A stretch of DNA of 64,000 nt from Candidatus Latescibacterota bacterium (GTDB taxonomy: Bacteria; Latescibacterota; UBA2968; UBA8231). Made by a program: the position numbers and the translations under genes. The notes below the pieces were generated by a model. That model was not told the DNA's origin and made no database searches. It saw only the letters and a program-made list of their open reading frames with translations. The stretch is taken from assembly GCA_965203355.1 (NCBI GenBank), contig OZ241889.1, positions 224,001-288,000 on the forward strand, in the 5' to 3' direction. Below, one piece after another: positions 55,204 through 64,000 of the stretch. Positions within the stretch are counted from its first letter, which is position 1; each line of letters opens with the position of its first letter.

Positions 55204-58200
55204 AGCGGCACTTCTTGCTCCAAATCGCGCTGGCTTTTGCGCTGCTGTTGGGCATCGTCGCGTACGCCAGTCGCCTCCTGAATCTGACGGGCAGTTGGAC
55301 GCTAGACCTAACCGGGGACGATATCGCCACGCTCTCGCCGACGACCCAGCACTACCTCCGCTCCTTAGACGCCCCGCTCTCCATCACCTACTTTGCCACC
55401 GCCCGCGAAAACACACCGGCGCACCTCAAAGAACTAGATCCCCAAGTCCGGCGCCTCCTGTCGGCTCTGCGCGATCAAGCACCCGACCGCATCGACTATC
55501 GAGTCATCGACCCCGATCAAAGCGGGCGCGCTGGCATCGGCTATGCCGCCAGCAAAGGGGCCTCCTCCTTCAGCGTACGGCGGGTGTTGCACGACGAGCA
55601 TTCCGAGCAAAAAATCTGGTCCTCGCTGGTCATCGCGCGCCCCGACGCACCCCAAGTGCTCGTCCAAAGCATCGAGCCAGAGCACCTGCCTTATCTAGAA
55701 GAGTATCTCATTGCCCAACTACAAGCCGGGCGCGCACCGCCGCAACCGACCTTTGGCGTCTCGGCACCGCCGCCCTTCCAACTGCTGGCGGCCTTTCTCA
55801 ACGAGGCCGGGCCCGTCGTCGAGCTAGACCTCAACAGCAATCCCATCATCCCCCCGGAAATCGACGTGCTGTTCTGGATCCAGCCAGAAGTCGCCACGCC
55901 CGAGCACGTGCGGCAGTTGCTTGCCTTCTTGGAATCTGGCCGTAGTGCCGTGCTCGCCGGCAGCACCTATCAGATCGGCTACGCCCCGCAAGAGGACCCC
56001 ATTTCCTATTGGATCCACCACGCGCCCCCGGCTTGGGGGCAACTGCTCCAGCCCTTTGGCATCCGGCCAGTGCCGGACCTGCTCGTCGATAAAAACACCG
56101 GGCCGATCATCCTCGACTCGGGCGAAGTCGTCGCACCTTTTCACCTGCGGGTGCTGCCGGCTTTTTACAATATGAAGAGCTTTGCCGCACCAGGTCGCGG
56201 CGGGCTTAACTTCGTCGCCGCCAGCGCACTTGAAGTCGATCCGCAGGCCGTACAAGCCAAGGGCTTCCACGCAGAAATCGTCGGCACCACCACCGAAAGT
56301 CCCCGCGTCTTGCCCCTGCCCACCGGCCCCTTCACCGACGCTGATTTAACCGGCGGTTTGCCCCTGCCCAAGCAAAATCTGCTGGTCTTGCTCAAGCCAG
56401 ACGATCCTTGGCAGGGGCAGCTATTCGTCTTGGCCAGCGCGTCGCCCTTTCAAGACGGCATCATCAACCAGCCCGGCTACGCCCATCGCGTCTTCCTGAA
56501 AAACCTCACCCGCACCTACGGCCAAGCCGAGCGCGTATTGCGGGGGCGCGTGGAAAAGGGCGGGCCGCAGCGGCTGGTCCCGCCCGGCGCCGGGGCGCGT
56601 TTCTTCTGGCGTTTCTTTGCTGTCTTTTTGGTACCGCTGGCGTTTGTAGGTCTCGGCGTTAGGCACTATCTGCGCTACGGCAACCCGAGCTGGCCGGCTG
56701 GTCGTTGGGGCCGACAACTCGGCCTCGCCTGCTTGGTCCTCCTCGTCGGTGCGCTCGTCTGGCGCGGCCGCGGCCCCTATCTCGACCTGACAGCCGATCG
56801 GCTCAACACCCCCTCGCCGCTTTTGGACCGTTTGTTACAGGGCACATCTTTGGCCGCCGAGTTGATCGCCACGCACCGGGCCTCCATGCCCCGACAACTC
56901 AAACGCGCCGAAGACCGCATCCGCACCTTGCTCGCCGACTGCAACATTCCCCTGCGAGTGATCCGGCCCGACGCGCTGACCCCAGATCAGCAGCAGGCAC
57001 TCGCGGCCGCCGGGCTGGTGCCCTTCCCCGCTGAAAGAGTCCTCAACGACACCCTCGCCACCCAATACATATGGAGCGGCCTGCGTCTGCTTGGCAATGG
57101 GCAGAGCATGGTCGTGCCGCGACTCGACCCATACACCCTGCCCCACTTCGAATTCCTCTTGGCCGCAGCCGCCCACAACTTGCAACAAGGGCGCAAGATG
57201 CGCGTGGCCGTCATCTCCGACTTACCGCGCCTCTCGCCGGCCGAAGCCCTCGAAGACTACCAGAAGAAGGGCCTCATCGCCCCGGGCGGCACCGACGTGT
57301 ACAGCGACTTAAAAGCCTTACTCGCCGACTATCTCTACGACGTTCACTACATCAACCCCCGCACACCGAGTATGCCCACAGACGTGGATGTCTTGTTGTG
57401 GATGCAGCCGCGCCGCGACTCGGGTCCGATCCTGCTGCTGCTGAGCCAGCACCTCGCACGAGGCGGCAAGGCCATTGTCGCCATGCAGCACTTCAACATC
57501 CAGCAGCGTCAGTACCGCGGAGCGGGCTTTCAGACCGTGTACTGGCCTCAGCCCCAGTTCCAGGACCTCGACCGTTACCTCCAGATCTTTGGCGTCGAAC
57601 AGATCCGCGAGGTGCTCTTCGACCGCACCCAGTCGCACCTCGACCTAGAGACCCAAGTCAACCGCACGGCCGTGCGCGAATACGACCCGCAAAAGGTCGC
57701 CCTGCCTTTCTTGATCCGCGCCGTCGGCCAGCACTACGACCTAGCCTCGGCGATCACCCGGCATCTCGGCGACTTGCTGTTTATCTGGGGGAATCGCTTT
57801 GCCCTGCGCCCGGCAGCGCTAGGCCGTGCGGGCATAACGGCCCGTACTCTGATAGCCACCTCGCCCCAAGCTTGGGCGTACCCCTGGCAGGGCGGTTGGC
57901 TACCGCCCGAGGTCTTCGCCCCGCAGACCTACCTGCCCGGCCCCCAACCCCTAGTCGTGTTGCTTACCGGACCTTTTCCCGAGGTCGCTTTTACCGAAAG
58001 TGAGGATGGACGCGCCGCGCTCCAGCCCGTAGGAGAACACCCCCAGCAGGCTGGTGCCCTACTCCTGATCGGCTCTTCGGAAATGTTCAAAAACGAGCAC
58101 CTGTTGGCCCCGGGCTTTCAGCACGATCAATTCCTGCTCAATGCCGTGGCGTACAACGCTTACGGCGAAGATCTAGCGACCGTACAGGCGCGGCGTCCAA

Positions 58201-58322
58201 CTCGGCGCGGCTTTCCCTTCCAGAGCGCCGAGGCCAAGCACCTATGGCGCGTGTTCGTGGTGGGCGCGGGACCGCTGCTGTTTTTGGGCTATGCCCTCTA
58301 TCGCCGCACGAGGCTAACGTGA
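55200..58322 (+). CDS. GldG-like ABC auxiliary protein with two tandem domains
   Basis: Two similar halves (LDLTxD...S, DVLxWxQP, PFxxR) separated by TM helices. Confidence 0.7.
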   Translation: MKRHFLLQIALAFALLLGIVAYASRLLNLTGSWTLDLTGDDIATLSPTTQHYLRSLDAPLSITYFATARENTPAHLKELDPQVRRLLSALRDQAPDRIDYRVIDPDQSGRAGIGYAASKGASSFSVRRVLHDEHSEQKIWSSLVIARPDAPQVLVQSIEPEHLPYLEEYLIAQLQAGRAPPQPTFGVSAPPPFQLLAAFLNEAGPVVELDLNSNPIIPPEIDVLFWIQPEVATPEHVRQLLAFLESGRSAVLAGSTYQIGYAPQEDPISYWIHHAPPAWGQLLQPFGIRPVPDLLVDKNTGPIILDSGEVVAPFHLRVLPAFYNMKSFAAPGRGGLNFVAASALEVDPQAVQAKGFHAEIVGTTTESPRVLPLPTGPFTDADLTGGLPLPKQNLLVLLKPDDPWQGQLFVLASASPFQDGIINQPGYAHRVFLKNLTRTYGQAERVLRGRVEKGGPQRLVPPGAGARFFWRFFAVFLVPLAFVGLGVRHYLRYGNPSWPAGRWGRQLGLACLVLLVGALVWRGRGPYLDLTADRLNTPSPLLDRLLQGTSLAAELIATHRASMPRQLKRAEDRIRTLLADCNIPLRVIRPDALTPDQQQALAAAGLVPFPAERVLNDTLATQYIWSGLRLLGNGQSMVVPRLDPYTLPHFEFLLAAAAHNLQQGRKMRVAVISDLPRLSPAEALEDYQKKGLIAPGGTDVYSDLKALLADYLYDVHYINPRTPSMPTDVDVLLWMQPRRDSGPILLLLSQHLARGGKAIVAMQHFNIQQRQYRGAGFQTVYWPQPQFQDLDRYLQIFGVEQIREVLFDRTQSHLDLETQVNRTAVREYDPQKVALPFLIRAVGQHYDLASAITRHLGDLLFIWGNRFALRPAALGRAGITARTLIATSPQAWAYPWQGGWLPPEVFAPQTYLPGPQPLVVLLTGPFPEVAFTESEDGRAALQPVGEHPQQAGALLLIGSSEMFKNEHLLAPGFQHDQFLLNAVAYNAYGEDLATVQARRPTRRGFPFQSAEAKHLWRVFVVGAGPLLFLGYALYRRTRLT

Positions 58323-59326
58323 TCCGCTTGCTCGGTGTGCTGGGGGCCCTGTTGGTCCTGCTCATTCTCGGGGAGAGTGCGCTGCGCGGACACCAGCGCG
58401 ACGTGCGCCGCACGGCCGGGGCCTTGCGCCTCTTGACGCCCGAACCAAGCTCAGCCATTGCTCAGATCGAGATTCGCGCCGCCGGACGCCGCTGGCACTA
58501 TGTCCAGCGCGGGAACACTTGGCGTTTCCCAGCGTACCACCACGCCTTTGTCCTCAATCGCCGCGTCGATCACCTACTCCAAAGCCTGCTCGCGACCCCA
58601 GCTACCTTCGTCTCAGCCGAGCCTGGGGATTTGGCGCGCTATGGCCTCGGCCCAAGTAGCGTCCGCATCTATCTGCTCGACCAACAAGGGCGTCCCTTAC
58701 TGGAAGTGCTCCAAGGTCGCGGGGGGCCCGGGACCCGCGCCGGGGAATCGTATGTCCAGCGCGTTGGTGCCGACAGCATCTTTCACCTCCACGCCCACCC
58801 CGTCCACGCCCTCGACGCCGCCCTGCCCGCTCCCATGCTCGACCGCCGAGTCCTGCCCCAAGCCTTACAGCGCAAAGGCTTACGGCGCATCGCCTTCGCT
58901 GGCGACCCTTCCTACCCGGTGCAATCCATTGGCCGCCAGCTAAAGGCCGCAACGGCAGCGGGTCCCATAATGCCCACCCACGAGTGGATCGTCCTCTCGG
59001 CGGCGGGCCCGGAAACTTGCCTCTCCGCGAGTGCCGAAGCCTACGCCGACTTCCTCAAACGCCTGACGTGGTCGGCTCTGCACGATCCGAGCCGCACCGA
59101 TGCCTTTGCCCACGCCCACTACCTCTATCTCGAAGACGAAGAGGGCGCAATAGACACCCTCGCCATTGGCGCAGCCGACGACCGCGGCCGCTACCTCCGC
59201 CTCCACACCACTGGCCACGTCAGCTCCATAACGCCGACAAAAGCCCAACTCCTCTTTCCCACTCGCTCCGCTCTCCTCGACACGCTCCCCCAACCTTCAC
59301 CCTACCGCCAAGCCGAGCCGTTCTAG
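58319..59326 (+). CDS. DUF4340-like protein
   Basis: N-terminal TM helix, W...V..LL..L, LARYGL, SYVQR; GTG coupled to the previous stop, typical fourth gene of Gld-like ABC operons. Confidence 0.65.
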   Translation: MIRLLGVLGALLVLLILGESALRGHQRDVRRTAGALRLLTPEPSSAIAQIEIRAAGRRWHYVQRGNTWRFPAYHHAFVLNRRVDHLLQSLLATPATFVSAEPGDLARYGLGPSSVRIYLLDQQGRPLLEVLQGRGGPGTRAGESYVQRVGADSIFHLHAHPVHALDAALPAPMLDRRVLPQALQRKGLRRIAFAGDPSYPVQSIGRQLKAATAAGPIMPTHEWIVLSAAGPETCLSASAEAYADFLKRLTWSALHDPSRTDAFAHAHYLYLEDEEGAIDTLAIGAADDRGRYLRLHTTGHVSSITPTKAQLLFPTRSALLDTLPQPSPYRQAEPF

Positions 59327-59371
59327 CCATCGATCATCTTGGCCTGAGCGTCGCCTAATCGCATTGGACTG

Positions 59372-59657
59372 TTAGAAGCGTTTTTAAAATTCCTCTTATG
59401 GCCCTTTGCGTTAAAAAAAGAACCTAGTAGCAATGGAGTCTCGCCCGCGGAAAACGCCCGACCTGAGAGCCGCTCGACGGCCTTTGCAGCGGTCGACGAG
59501 AATTTTAAAAACGCTTCTTAGAAGCCTTTTTATTATTGTTTTTAAGCCCCAAAAAAGCTTAGTAGTAATGGAATCTCGCCCTTGGAAAACGTCCGATCCA
59601 GGACCTTTTCGACGGCCAGTTGAAGGAGTCCAACGAGAATTTTAAAAAGGCTTCTTA
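59372..59657. mobile_element. Two tandem MITE-like elements (143 bp and 134 bp) separated and flanked by TTA
   Basis: Unit 1 (59375-59517) has perfect TIRs GAAGCGTTTTTAAAATTC / GAATTTTAAAAACGCTTC; unit 2 (59521-59654) is a diverged copy; TTA at 59372, 59518 and 59655. Confidence 0.7.
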
Positions 59658-59670
59658 GAAGCCAGACAGC

Positions 59671-59700
59671 AAAATGGGACCTCAAATTGAGGTCCCATTC
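59671..59700. terminator. Hairpin terminator downstream of the surface-protein gene
   Basis: AATGGGACCTCAA-A-TTGAGGTCCCATT inverted repeat with an adjacent A-run (U-tail on the minus strand). Confidence 0.7.
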
Positions 59701-59724
59701 TACTAAACTGCTTTGCCGCGAATG

Positions 59725-62700
59725 CTACTTAAGCAGCAGCATCCTCTTGGCTTGGCGGAACGCACCACCGGCCTGCAAGTGGTAGAAGTACAGCCCCGAC
59801 GACACGCTGTGCCCGCTGTCATCGGTCGCGTCCCACTCCACGGCGTAGCGACCGGCACGCTGGTGCTCAGCCACCAGCGTCCGCACCGGCTGACCTACCA
59901 CATTATACACGGTCAACTCCACGTCCGCCGCCTGCGGCAACGCATACTGGATCGCGGTCGTCGGGTTGAACGGGTTCGGGAAGTTGTCGGCCAAGGAAAA
60001 CGCTTCCGGCCGCGCCGGCCCTACTGCCTTCGCCGCCGGATCCGCGCCCGAGTCGCTCAGCGAGATCGCGACCTCGTCGCCCTTTAGCCCGGCAATCGTA
60101 CCGATCAGCCTGATGGTCTCGTCGCCCTCAGTCAAGCCGTCCGCTCTTGGGTCGACGTAAAATTTCACCGTCCCTGTTACCGAGCCGGCCAGAATCTCAA
60201 TCCTAGGAATAAATAGCGCGGAGTAATCCAAATCGCGCGTCGCAGTCGAAGCATCGTCAATGGCCAAATGCACGGTCGCGTCCTCTGCCAACGCCTTGCC
60301 GTCCAACGTGGCGGTCACCACGACAACGGTCAAAGCAGCATTCTCGCTCAACGTGTTCGGATCCGCCGATAGCGCGATGGACGTACTCGGCCCGTCGTCA
60401 TCTCTGATCTCGATGTCTGTCAATCGGGTCTCGCCTGTTGATACGAGCGTAGCCTGCACACCCAAAGCCTTCAGGACCTCTTCGTCATCGTCGTCAATAG
60501 GCGTGAGGGTTAGTGTCGTCATCGCCTCGGTATCACCGGCTGGAATGGTCATAAACACTTCTAGCTCGGCCGTGTAGTCCACATCCCGCACCGCTGCGGG
60601 ACCGTCGCTTGGAGCCACCAGGGCAAACCGCACCATTTCGTCAGCCGCCGAGGCGGTCGCCAAGGTAAAGTTTAGCGCTACTACCGTAGCCTCAGCGTCC
60701 TCGCGGATCGCCGAAGGCTCTGCCGTTAGTCCCGCAATCGCAACCCTAGGCGTTTCCTCCTCAGCCGGGTTGACCTCAATGGCGAAGGTCAGAGTGGCCG
60801 TGTCGCCGTCCGCGTCCACCGCCGAGTAGGTGACTTCAACCGCACCGTCGGTCGCGGACACCGGCACACCAGAAAGCGTCCGCGTGGCCGCAGCAAAGGA
60901 CAAGCCCGCCGGCAGAGACGAGACCCGATACGTCAATGCACCATCGCCGCCCGAAGCGGCCGGAAGAATCAACGCAGCAATCGCCATGTCAACCACATAG
61001 CTCTGATCGTCAATGGCAGCGGTCGCCGCAAAGGACGGCACCCCGCCCTTGCCGGCGTCTTTCAGCGTTATATCCACCGTGCCGACAGTCACCTTGGCGT
61101 CGTTTCCTTCCGCATCTCGGACGGTGATTTGCTTGTTGGGATACGGCACTGTCAGCCTGATTTTCTCGTTGGTCTCTACGCTCTCGTCGTTAGTGGGGGT
61201 GATGCGGATGGTCGTCGTCCCCGACACCGAGCCAGCCGGAATCCTCAGCGGACGCAGGACTGCCCGGTAATCTATATCGCGCGTCGCCTCAACAACATCG
61301 ACGACAGCACCGTTGGCATCCCTATCCTTGGGATCGGGGTCAATGGTCAAAAACACGAACACGTCATCATCGAACACCTTCCCGTCCAAAGTTCCAGTCA
61401 CCGCAACATCAGTCTGACCGGCCCCTTCGCTTATCTCGGTCGGATTCACCGTCAGCGAGATCTTCGTACTCGGCGCGTCGTCATCGGCGATCGCTATGGT
61501 CTTAATCACCGACACGTCGCCTATCGTAACCTTTATGTATATCGGCCCTTGCGAAATCACAGCGGTGTCGTCGATGGGAGTGAGCGTGATCGTCGTCGTC
61601 CCCTCGGTAGAGCCGGCCCGAATGATGAGCGGCGCATCAAAGGTCAGCGTGTAATGCACGTCGCGTATCGGAGTGGACGCTACAACATCACCAGACGGCA
61701 AAACCGCGCCGTTCGACAAAATAACGAGCCGCACCGGCTCGTCCCCGACCAAGGTATCCGTCAAGGTGACTTTCAGATCGATCGTCGTCTGACCGGCGTC
61801 CTCGCGGACACTCTCTTGACTAAGCGTAATGGCTTCGGCTGTAGCCGTGATTTCTTTCTTTATTTTTATATCCACCGGATGGATCGTCAGCCCATTCTCT
61901 TTAATCTGTACCCCAGCTACAGCCGCATCGCTATCAAGCGATGCCACTCGGATCGTGCCAGGCAATTGGTTCCTAGGGGTAATGGTAATAGTCGCCGTCC
62001 CGGACACCGAATTTCGCGGAATCGTCAGCGTCGTCAGCCGCACAGTGTAGTCCACGTCGCGCTGCGCCTCGCGATTATCCTTCGTCGCATCGGTATAGTC
62101 AATCGCGCCGCTGCCATCCGTATCAGAGTTGGGATTCCCCGTCAATGCGGGATGATCGACAATAGTCAAGACGAAACTCGTCGCCTCTTTTATCACCTTT
62201 CCATCCAAGGTGGCCGTTACTACGATATCGGTCGCTCCATCGAACCTATTTAGCTCGGCAATGTCCGCGGACAAATGGATGTTTTTGCTGTCCTTATCGT
62301 CGTCAATAAGGGTAATCGTCGTCGACTCAACCTCCTCCCTACCAGCGTTGCCGCGAATCTCAATAGGCATATCTCCGTTGGCGACATCATCATTGATAGG
62401 GATGAGGGTAATCGTCCCCTCGGCCTTCTTTTGGCCAGCCGGAATCATGAGAACGGTCAGTCTTATGTAGAACCGACTGTTAAGCCCCTCATGGGAAACC
62501 CCCAAGAGCACATATCTATCCGCATCCACCGCTATGTCATCAGTGACTTCAACGGATACATCAATATCGGTCGAACCGGCGTCCTCGCGGACACTGTCAG
62601 TACTTATCGATAGCGCAAACTTGGCTGTCTCCGTCTGTGCCGTAGCCTCTCCGACCCATCCCAACACCAAACTGGCGACCAACAGCCAAGCTGCATGGGC

Positions 62701-62733
62701 CAGACATTGCAGCAAAAACCTCGTATGCGTCAT
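59725..62733 (-). CDS. Secreted/surface Ig-like repeat protein with C-terminal FlgD-Ig/T9SS-A-like sorting domain
   Basis: Signal peptide, repeated SVREDAG / RDxDY / IPAG...TTTITLTP Calx-beta-like units, a putative Ig unit (LPAGLSF..ATRTLSG), and NFPNPFNPTT...SSGLYFY...MLLLK. Confidence 0.8.
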   Translation of the reverse strand: MTHTRFLLQCLAHAAWLLVASLVLGWVGEATAQTETAKFALSISTDSVREDAGSTDIDVSVEVTDDIAVDADRYVLLGVSHEGLNSRFYIRLTVLMIPAGQKKAEGTITLIPINDDVANGDMPIEIRGNAGREEVESTTITLIDDDKDSKNIHLSADIAELNRFDGATDIVVTATLDGKVIKEATSFVLTIVDHPALTGNPNSDTDGSGAIDYTDATKDNREAQRDVDYTVRLTTLTIPRNSVSGTATITITPRNQLPGTIRVASLDSDAAVAGVQIKENGLTIHPVDIKIKKEITATAEAITLSQESVREDAGQTTIDLKVTLTDTLVGDEPVRLVILSNGAVLPSGDVVASTPIRDVHYTLTFDAPLIIRAGSTEGTTTITLTPIDDTAVISQGPIYIKVTIGDVSVIKTIAIADDDAPSTKISLTVNPTEISEGAGQTDVAVTGTLDGKVFDDDVFVFLTIDPDPKDRDANGAVVDVVEATRDIDYRAVLRPLRIPAGSVSGTTTIRITPTNDESVETNEKIRLTVPYPNKQITVRDAEGNDAKVTVGTVDITLKDAGKGGVPSFAATAAIDDQSYVVDMAIAALILPAASGGDGALTYRVSSLPAGLSFAAATRTLSGVPVSATDGAVEVTYSAVDADGDTATLTFAIEVNPAEEETPRVAIAGLTAEPSAIREDAEATVVALNFTLATASAADEMVRFALVAPSDGPAAVRDVDYTAELEVFMTIPAGDTEAMTTLTLTPIDDDDEEVLKALGVQATLVSTGETRLTDIEIRDDDGPSTSIALSADPNTLSENAALTVVVVTATLDGKALAEDATVHLAIDDASTATRDLDYSALFIPRIEILAGSVTGTVKFYVDPRADGLTEGDETIRLIGTIAGLKGDEVAISLSDSGADPAAKAVGPARPEAFSLADNFPNPFNPTTAIQYALPQAADVELTVYNVVGQPVRTLVAEHQRAGRYAVEWDATDDSGHSVSSGLYFYHLQAGGAFRQAKRMLLLK

Positions 62734-62765
62734 TTCAACCTCCCCAGGAAACGCATTCCTAATTA

Positions 62766-62802
62766 AAAATGGGGCCTCAAATCGAGTTTTGAGACCCCAT
62801 TT
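62766..62802 (-). terminator. Hairpin terminator between the two surface-protein genes
   Basis: AAATGGGGCCTCAAA...TTTGAGACCCCATTT, related in sequence to the hairpin at 59671. Confidence 0.6.
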
Positions 62803-62827
62803 CGCTGAACCTGCCATACCGCGAGTG

Positions 62828-64000
62828 CTACTTGAGCAGCAGCATCTTCTCGACTTTTTGGAACTGTCCACCGGCCTGCAAGCGATATAAATACAGCCCC
62901 GACGACACGCTGTGCCCGCTATCGTCGGTCGCGTCCCACTCCACGGCGTAGCGACCCGCGCTCTGGTGCTCAGCCACCAGCGTCCGCACCGGCTGACCTA
63001 CCACATTATGCACGGTCAATTCCACAGCCGCCGCCTGCGGCAACGCATACTGAATCGTGGTCGTTGGGTTGAACGGGTTCGGATAGTTGGCCGCCAAGGA
63101 GAATGCGGTCGGCAGCGTCTGCAATAATAGCAACGCACGTGCGCCGTTGGCGTCCGTAACCATGTACGTGTATTCCGCGTGTTCGGCCTCCACGCTCGGC
63201 GTACCCGCAATGGTCCGCGTCGCGGCATCAAAAACCAAACCCGGCGGCAGGGGCGGCGAAAGACGGTACGTCAGCGGTGTAGTGCCGCCCGAAGCCTCCG
63301 GGAGCGCGAGGCCCTCCACGTGCTCGCCAACGATGAATTCGCGGATTTCAGCCAAGCCGGACGAGGCTGTTGGAACGACCTTGCCAGACCCACTGCGGAA
63401 CAATTCGAAAAATGATTCAAAACTCAGTTCGGTGTTGACCGTGATGGTAAAAAACAACGCAGCGGTTTCCCCTTTGCCGTTGGTCGCGACGTAGATGATG
63501 TTGACCGCGCCGTCGGTCGCTGCCGTCGGTGTGCCCGAAATCGTCCGCGTGGCCGCGTCAAACGCCAAACCCGCCGGCAAGGCCGAGACACTGTACTTCA
63601 GGTCGCCCTTGTCGTCTAAAGCGGCCGGTAGGACGAGAGGACTAATCGCCTGTCCAGCGGTGTATTCTTGGTCATTAATCGAAACGCCAGCGCCGAAGAC
63701 AAAGGGCGACTTTTTCTTTTCGTCGCTCAGCGCGATCTCGGCCTCGGCTCCCGCCAGCCCGTCAATCACACCGACCAGCTTTATGATCTCGCGGCTCTCC
63801 AATAAAACGTCGTCAATGGGGCGAACCACAAATAGGCTTGACCCCGTTAGCGAGCCGGCCGGAATTACAAGCAGCGGATTGAACTCCGCGGCGTAGTCCA
63901 AATCGCGCTTGGCTGTTGACGCCTCGTCAATAGACAGGGTCACTATTGCGTCCTTGGACAACGCCTTTCCGTCTAACGTAGCGGTCACCGTAACAGAGGT
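62828..64000 (-). CDS. Paralogous Ig-repeat surface protein (5' end outside the window)
   Basis: Same repeat units and a near-identical C-terminal NYPNPFNP...MLLLK domain; the frame is open to the window edge. Confidence 0.8.
   Translation of the reverse strand, partial: TSVTVTATLDGKALSKDAIVTLSIDEASTAKRDLDYAAEFNPLLVIPAGSLTGSSLFVVRPIDDVLLESREIIKLVGVIDGLAGAEAEIALSDEKKKSPFVFGAGVSINDQEYTAGQAISPLVLPAALDDKGDLKYSVSALPAGLAFDAATRTISGTPTAATDGAVNIIYVATNGKGETAALFFTITVNTELSFESFFELFRSGSGKVVPTASSGLAEIREFIVGEHVEGLALPEASGGTTPLTYRLSPPLPPGLVFDAATRTIAGTPSVEAEHAEYTYMVTDANGARALLLLQTLPTAFSLAANYPNPFNPTTTIQYALPQAAAVELTVHNVVGQPVRTLVAEHQSAGRYAVEWDATDDSGHSVSSGLYLYRLQAGGQFQKVEKMLLLK

Noticed and set aside
59433-59645. 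70-aa ORF with an internal repeat
   Set aside because: It lies wholly within the tandem MITE pair; the repeat reflects the two elements.
1-64000. tRNA, rRNA, integrase or transposase genes
   Set aside because: None recognised by eye; tRNAscan-SE and Infernal would be needed to exclude small RNAs, including selC.

Overview
A 64-kb chromosomal window from a high-GC bacterium. The 'YPNPFNP' FlgD-Ig-type C-terminal sorting domains, sulfatase, PhyH and Gfo/Idh/MocA genes suggest an FCB-related lineage such as Latescibacterota or Gemmatimonadota; this is inference only. Most of the window is housekeeping and metabolic genes: hisG-hisD-hisB, rdgB, guaB, a class I DAHP synthase, ABC transporters, oxidoreductases and large Ig-repeat surface proteins. 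The main feature is a visibly AT-richer island at about 36.3-47.1 kb. It carries a complete SspABCD-type DNA phosphorothioation operon (cysteine desulfurase, DUF4007, large ATPase, PAPS-reductase-like protein). No SspE-like gene is present; instead a convergent SF2 helicase / MORC-GHKL ATPase / PLD (HKD) nuclease operon faces it, a candidate new restriction module for phosphorothioate-based defence. Several features are missed by the ORF track: two UGA-recoded selenoproteins (a SelW/Rdx CxxU protein and SelD), which share a downstream CCAGTT hairpin motif; a truncated CD-NTase-like (CBASS) relic divergent from an XRE-ImmA/IrrE plus PIN pair; and a tandem MITE pair with 18-bp TIRs and TTA duplications. 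There is also a tandem array of coiled-coil genes with variable repeat number, and a small two-gene cassette behind duplicated palindromic operators. All family calls come from motif recognition by eye; no database searches were run.
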